Origin: Nanobdellota archaeon
GTDB lineage: Archaea; Nanobdellota; Nanobdellia; SCGC-AAA011-G17; JACPNG01
Reading direction: 5' to 3'
Assembly (NCBI GenBank): GCA_038046345.1
Contig: JBBSWJ010000028.1
Location: 1 to 19,024, forward strand
DNA: 19,024 nucleotides
The notes under the pieces: model-generated
Told to the model about the DNA's origin: nothing
The model's database searches: none
The model's input: the letters and a program-made list of their open reading frames with translations, nothing else
Shown: piece after piece, positions 15,980-19,024 of the stretch
How the letters are laid out: every line of letters starts with the position of its first letter
Position numbering within the stretch: position 1 is the first letter of the stretch
Position numbers and translations under genes: made by a program

Positions 15980-16053
15980 GGGCTCGTAGCATAACCTGGA
16001 AAGTGCGACCGGCTTCGGACCGGTTGATCGGGGTTCAAATCCTCGCGGGCTCA
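15980..16053 (+). tRNA. tRNA-Arg (anticodon TCG at 16015-16017)
   Basis: Cloverleaf: acceptor GGGCTCG/CGGGCTC, D-stem GCAT/GTGC with GGA (A20, an Arg identity element), anticodon stem ACCGG/CCGGT with loop CTTCGGA, T-arm CGGGG-TTCAAAT-CCTCG, discriminator A. No intron and no encoded CCA; AAAACATTTTAAG promoter upstream. Confidence 0.95.
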
Positions 16054-16059
16054 TTATAA

Positions 16060-16530
16060 TTATTTATGTCTACTATTCAAATCGTGTCTTACGCGTTTTT
16101 CTAGCTCTTCATCATCAAATAAGCGCATTGCATGATCTGTTATAACATGTACCATGTTGAATAACCCTGCATCATTATAGCGGTTGTTGATCGTTTTGTT
16201 GTTTACAAATACTCTTCCGTCTCTTAGAACGAGTACTCTGTGGTCGCTTGTTGAGCAGTGTTTAACAATTGTACCTTCGTTTGTTAAAACAGACGTATCG
16301 GTATAGACTAATGGTGATATCCAACATGGACATGGGTCACTCAGCATGGGATCACCCGCGCGACATAAGCGAAATACGTTGTGATAATCAGATATTTTTG
16401 TTGCGTTATCCGACACGTATCTGTTTGCTGGGATATAGCTTATGTATGACTGTGAATCTGATGCTTTGCATTCTATTAAAACATTGAATGCATGATCAAT
16501 TTGGGGTTCTTGTGCTGCTTCACTTGCCAT
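16060..16530 (-). CDS. Hypothetical protein, paralog of 16564..17058
   Basis: 156-aa ORF sharing H.FN..IE, H....LRDGR.F.......RY and LF.DE.LE..VR blocks with its neighbour; has its own promoter copy. Confidence 0.75.
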   Translation of the reverse strand: MASEAAQEPQIDHAFNVLIECKASDSQSYISYIPANRYVSDNATKISDYHNVFRLCRAGDPMLSDPCPCWISPLVYTDTSVLTNEGTIVKHCSTSDHRVLVLRDGRVFVNNKTINNRYNDAGLFNMVHVITDHAMRLFDDEELEKRVRHDLNSRHK

Positions 16531-16533
16531 TTA

Positions 16534-16566
16534 TGTCTTCCATTTTGGTTGTGGTTTGTAAGCTTA
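16534..16566 (-). repeat. 33-bp direct repeat copy 1 (promoter of 16060..16530)
   Basis: tgtcttccattttggttgtggtttgtaagctta; 30/33 identical to 17060..17092. Confidence 0.9.
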
Positions 16567-17058
16567 TTTTGATTGTTCTAAAGCTTTTCTTACTAGTTCT
16601 TCCAAACGTTCATCTTCAAACAAGAATTTTGCGTAACGTAATATGTATGGTAATGCTCCTAAATATCTTCCAAAAGTAGATTTGTAGCGTTCATCAGTTA
16701 TTTCGTCTCTTATAAATAATCTACCATCGCGTAGAGCCATTAAGTTATGTGTAGTTATAGCAGCTTGTCTAATAATCTTACCATCTTTAACTACAACCCC
16801 TTTTAGGTGGCCTAATTGGCCTACATTGTGTATCTGTTCTTTATCCCATGTGGCTCTTATTATGCCTGAGTTAGCTACTTTAGGATCATACATTCCATAC
16901 AATACCAACTTCTCGTGTTGATCATATAAGCCTGTTACTCCAGCATGTACATCCAAATGTGTTAGCATGTAGTAGCATTCACCACATGATCTTGGAGGAT
17001 GACCTTCTATCACCGCGTTGAACACATGAACTCTTTGTTCTTCTACTTCATTTACCAT
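16564..17058 (-). CDS. Hypothetical protein, paralog of 16060..16530
   Basis: 164-aa ORF with the same shared blocks; its stop codon lies inside the promoter repeat of the downstream paralog. Confidence 0.75.
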   Translation of the reverse strand: MVNEVEEQRVHVFNAVIEGHPPRSCGECYYMLTHLDVHAGVTGLYDQHEKLVLYGMYDPKVANSGIIRATWDKEQIHNVGQLGHLKGVVVKDGKIIRQAAITTHNLMALRDGRLFIRDEITDERYKSTFGRYLGALPYILRYAKFLFEDERLEELVRKALEQSK

Positions 17059-17059
17059 G

Positions 17060-17092
17060 TGTCTTCCATTTTTGTTGTAGTTTATAAGCTTA
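17060..17092 (-). repeat. 33-bp direct repeat copy 2 (promoter of 16564..17058)
   Basis: tgtcttccatttttgttgtagtttataagctta; minus strand contains TTATAAA ending 22 nt before the ATG. Confidence 0.9.
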
Positions 17093-17121
17093 ATCTAAAC
17101 GTAATCTTTCAACAAAGATTA

Positions 17122-18072
17122 TTATATTTTTTCTGCTACTATTTCTACGCTTCCTCCATTACCGGATAGTGCTTCAAGGTAGGTCATGATTATTGAAGGG
17201 ATAATTATGACTCCAATGATAGTTACTTGTAGTATGTCTCTGTAATGGACTTTTCTATTACCCTTTATCAAACTGTAAAAGTCATCTCTTTCAAAACCCA
17301 TAACATTAAGAACGCTTTGTAATATCCAGTAAAGGTTTTGTTCCCATGAGAGATAGTTAGTTTCCTCGATCTTAAATTTATCTTTGAATAAATAGTTGAT
17401 AGCACTGATATTATACTGAAAAAATGTTCTGGGTGGTTCCATTCCAAACCATTTTCCCTTGAAAATTCTTGCTTGCCATGAACCAATGTTTGGTACAGCA
17501 AATAGTAATACCCCGCCTGGAGCCATCCATTGATATAAATAATTTATTGTAGTATCCGGGTCTTTCAGATGTTCAGCTACATGCCATAAGCTTATCATGT
17601 TAAAGAAGCTTTTTGGATAGTCTTCTGATGATATTTCTCCAGTTTTGATATGTAATCCTTTTTGTTTTTTTGCTCTTGCTGCGGATAGTTCTGAGAATTC
17701 ATTGCCATAACACTCACAACCATGATTAATAAAGAATGATAAGAAGTTTCCGTTACCGCATCCAAAGTCAAGTATTTTTGAATTGTTAGGAATTAATTTC
17801 TTTGCTTTAACTGCTCTTCTATTGCGAAACCAGGAGATTATTTTTTCTCCAGGGCCTATAAATTTTGTTTCACCAGCGCCATAATATTCTTGTTGGAACG
17901 CCATGCTTGTATGTTCCTCCTTTAGTGTTGGGTTTAGCACTAGTCTTTTGCAGTTATTGCATTGTTGGAATAAGAATTGTATGTTGTTATGTTTAAATTT
18001 GTATTTTGTCTTTTCTTTTAGTGATCCACCGCACGTGCAGTTGGTTACTTTTGTGGTGTAGTCGTTATTCAT
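17122..18072 (-). CDS. Class I SAM-dependent methyltransferase with an N-terminal Cys cluster
   Basis: CTCG...CNNC, motif I ILDFGCGNG, CYGNEFS, LWHVAEHLKDP, GGVLLFAVPN, PPRTFFQY. This architecture is commonly found in glycan-modification loci. Confidence 0.9.
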   Translation of the reverse strand: MNNDYTTKVTNCTCGGSLKEKTKYKFKHNNIQFLFQQCNNCKRLVLNPTLKEEHTSMAFQQEYYGAGETKFIGPGEKIISWFRNRRAVKAKKLIPNNSKILDFGCGNGNFLSFFINHGCECYGNEFSELSAARAKKQKGLHIKTGEISSEDYPKSFFNMISLWHVAEHLKDPDTTINYLYQWMAPGGVLLFAVPNIGSWQARIFKGKWFGMEPPRTFFQYNISAINYLFKDKFKIEETNYLSWEQNLYWILQSVLNVMGFERDDFYSLIKGNRKVHYRDILQVTIIGVIIIPSIIMTYLEALSGNGGSVEIVAEKI

Positions 18073-18095
18073 TTGATTTGGCTGTTAGTGATGCC

Positions 18096-18110
18096 ATATA
18101 AAGATTACTG
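18096..18110 (-). promoter_or_regulatory. TATA promoter of the methyltransferase
   Basis: Minus strand reads CAGTAATCTTTATAT, ending 23 nt before the ATG at 18072. Confidence 0.5.
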
Positions 18111-18192
18111 AATATTGAACTGTTAATTTAGCATCACTTTTTTCTTGGGTTTTAGAAAGTTTTTTAATCGTAGCTGATTATTTACTTTTATA

Positions 18193-18642
18193 ATGATTGG
18201 CTCAACTGCCAAAAAAATAATATCACGGGGTATTCCTTTCGCATTATGGTTATCCTTGCTTTCAGGGTCATTAGTTTCATTAACTGCTGCTTCTAATTTT
18301 TTTAAACATCACAATGTAGGCTATCAAATGTGGGATGGTGCGAAAGTTTTTAAAAAAATAGATGGACCTTTTGATCATACTGAGCTGATTATCCACCCGG
18401 ATGGAGCAGTTGAAGTAACCAGGATTGATTGCCCATATAGACATTACGAAGATAGTAATGGAGATGAAAATGTTGATATGGTCTGTCATGATAATTCTGG
18501 GTGTACGCCTTTTGGAATATTGGAGTTTCATCTGAGGTTATACAGAGATGAACATTTGGAACAATACCCTCAAGTATTTCAGGAAGCTGACTTAGAGTTT
18601 AGAAAACAAATAGAGAGATTTAAACCATTAATAAGTAAATAA
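18193..18642 (+). CDS. Hypothetical secreted or membrane-anchored protein
   Basis: Basic N-terminus plus hydrophobic GIPFALWLSLLSGSLVSLTAA, then a soluble domain containing DSNGDENVD. Confidence 0.7.
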   Translation: MIGSTAKKIISRGIPFALWLSLLSGSLVSLTAASNFFKHHNVGYQMWDGAKVFKKIDGPFDHTELIIHPDGAVEVTRIDCPYRHYEDSNGDENVDMVCHDNSGCTPFGILEFHLRLYRDEHLEQYPQVFQEADLEFRKQIERFKPLISK

Positions 18643-18665
18643 GTTTTTACATTTTGTAGAAACAT

Positions 18666-18686
18666 TTAAATAGTTCAACAGTTTAA
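18666..18686. promoter_or_regulatory. Imperfect palindrome over the TATA box of the AbrB-PIN operon (possible operator)
   Basis: TTAAATAGTTCAACAGTTTAA matches its reverse complement at 16/21 positions. Confidence 0.35.
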
Positions 18687-18716
18687 TTGTTTAACATAAT
18701 TCGGGAGGTAAGTAAG

Positions 18717-18983
18717 ATGGAAACCGATCTTGTAAAAATGAGTCCAAAAGGGCAGTTGGTTGTTCCTCAGAGTATACGGATGGAAGAAGGCTTTGCTACG
18801 GGAGATAGATTTGTGCCATTTCCGGTAAAAGGCGGGATTCTGTTTAAGAAAGTCGAAATACCAAATGTAAAAGCAGAATTTCAGAAATTGTCTCAGGAGA
18901 TTAAGAAACAATTCAAAAAGCAGAAAGTTACTCCGGAAGATGTTAATGAAGCTGTGAAATGGGCAAGACGAAGGTCTTCCTAG
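18717..18983 (+). CDS. AbrB/MazE/SpoVT-family antitoxin
   Basis: KMSPKGQLVVPQSIR..GF..GDRF...GILFKKV; SD GGGAGGTA at 18703-18710 supports the ATG at 18717. Confidence 0.9.
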   Translation: METDLVKMSPKGQLVVPQSIRMEEGFATGDRFVPFPVKGGILFKKVEIPNVKAEFQKLSQEIKKQFKKQKVTPEDVNEAVKWARRRSS

Positions 18984-19024
18984 ACACGAACATTCTCATC
19001 TCTGCTCTTGGGTGGAAGGGAAAA
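18959..19024 (+). CDS. PIN-domain toxin, N-terminal fragment (runs off the window)
   Basis: Not in the ORF track. ATG 18959 reads MGKTKVFLDTNILISALGWKGK, matching the PIN start at 183 (VLPDTNIVISSVFWRG); overlaps the antitoxin end by 25 nt. Confidence 0.85.
   Translation, partial: MGKTKVFLDTNILISALGWKGK

Noticed and set aside
16534-17092. Tiny ATG-GAA-GAC upstream ORFs within the duplicated 33-bp repeat
   Set aside because: By TATA spacing they lie upstream of the probable transcription start and would not be in the mRNA.
15980-19024. Integrated element at tRNA-Arg
   Set aside because: I found no duplicate of the tRNA 3' end and no integrase in the window; the far end could lie outside it, so this is unproven rather than excluded.
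1-19024. CRISPR array, rRNA, transposase or IS ends
   Set aside because: I saw no regularly spaced repeats, rRNA-like sequence or transposase motifs.

Overview
AT-rich, gene-dense 19-kb window, most likely from a small-genome DPANN archaeon (Woesearchaeota-like). This is an inference from BRE/TATA promoters 21-24 nt upstream of leaderless starts, a GGTGATC Shine-Dalgarno, an archaeal-type tRNA-Arg(TCG) without encoded CCA, and the gene families present. It carries gatC-gatA, a separate gatB, an M17 leucyl aminopeptidase, and three toxin-antitoxin-like pairs (two AbrB-PIN at the window edges; one wHTH plus a RelE-like gene interrupted by an in-frame TAG). It also has a small membrane protein followed by two paralogous ExeA-like AAA+ ATPases, DUF1385, two paralogous orphans with near-identical promoters, a SAM methyltransferase and a secreted orphan. 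The main signal is a minus-strand operon: aldehyde dehydrogenase - class-III aminotransferase - carbamate kinase - COG2403 'GTPase' (arginine synthetase ArcE-like) - ornithine carbamoyltransferase - M42 aminopeptidase, divergent from tRNA-Arg. It reads as a deiminase-free, ATP-conserving arginine degradation pathway extended from ornithine to glutamate and linked to peptide scavenging. No database searches were run; family assignments come from motif recognition and memory.
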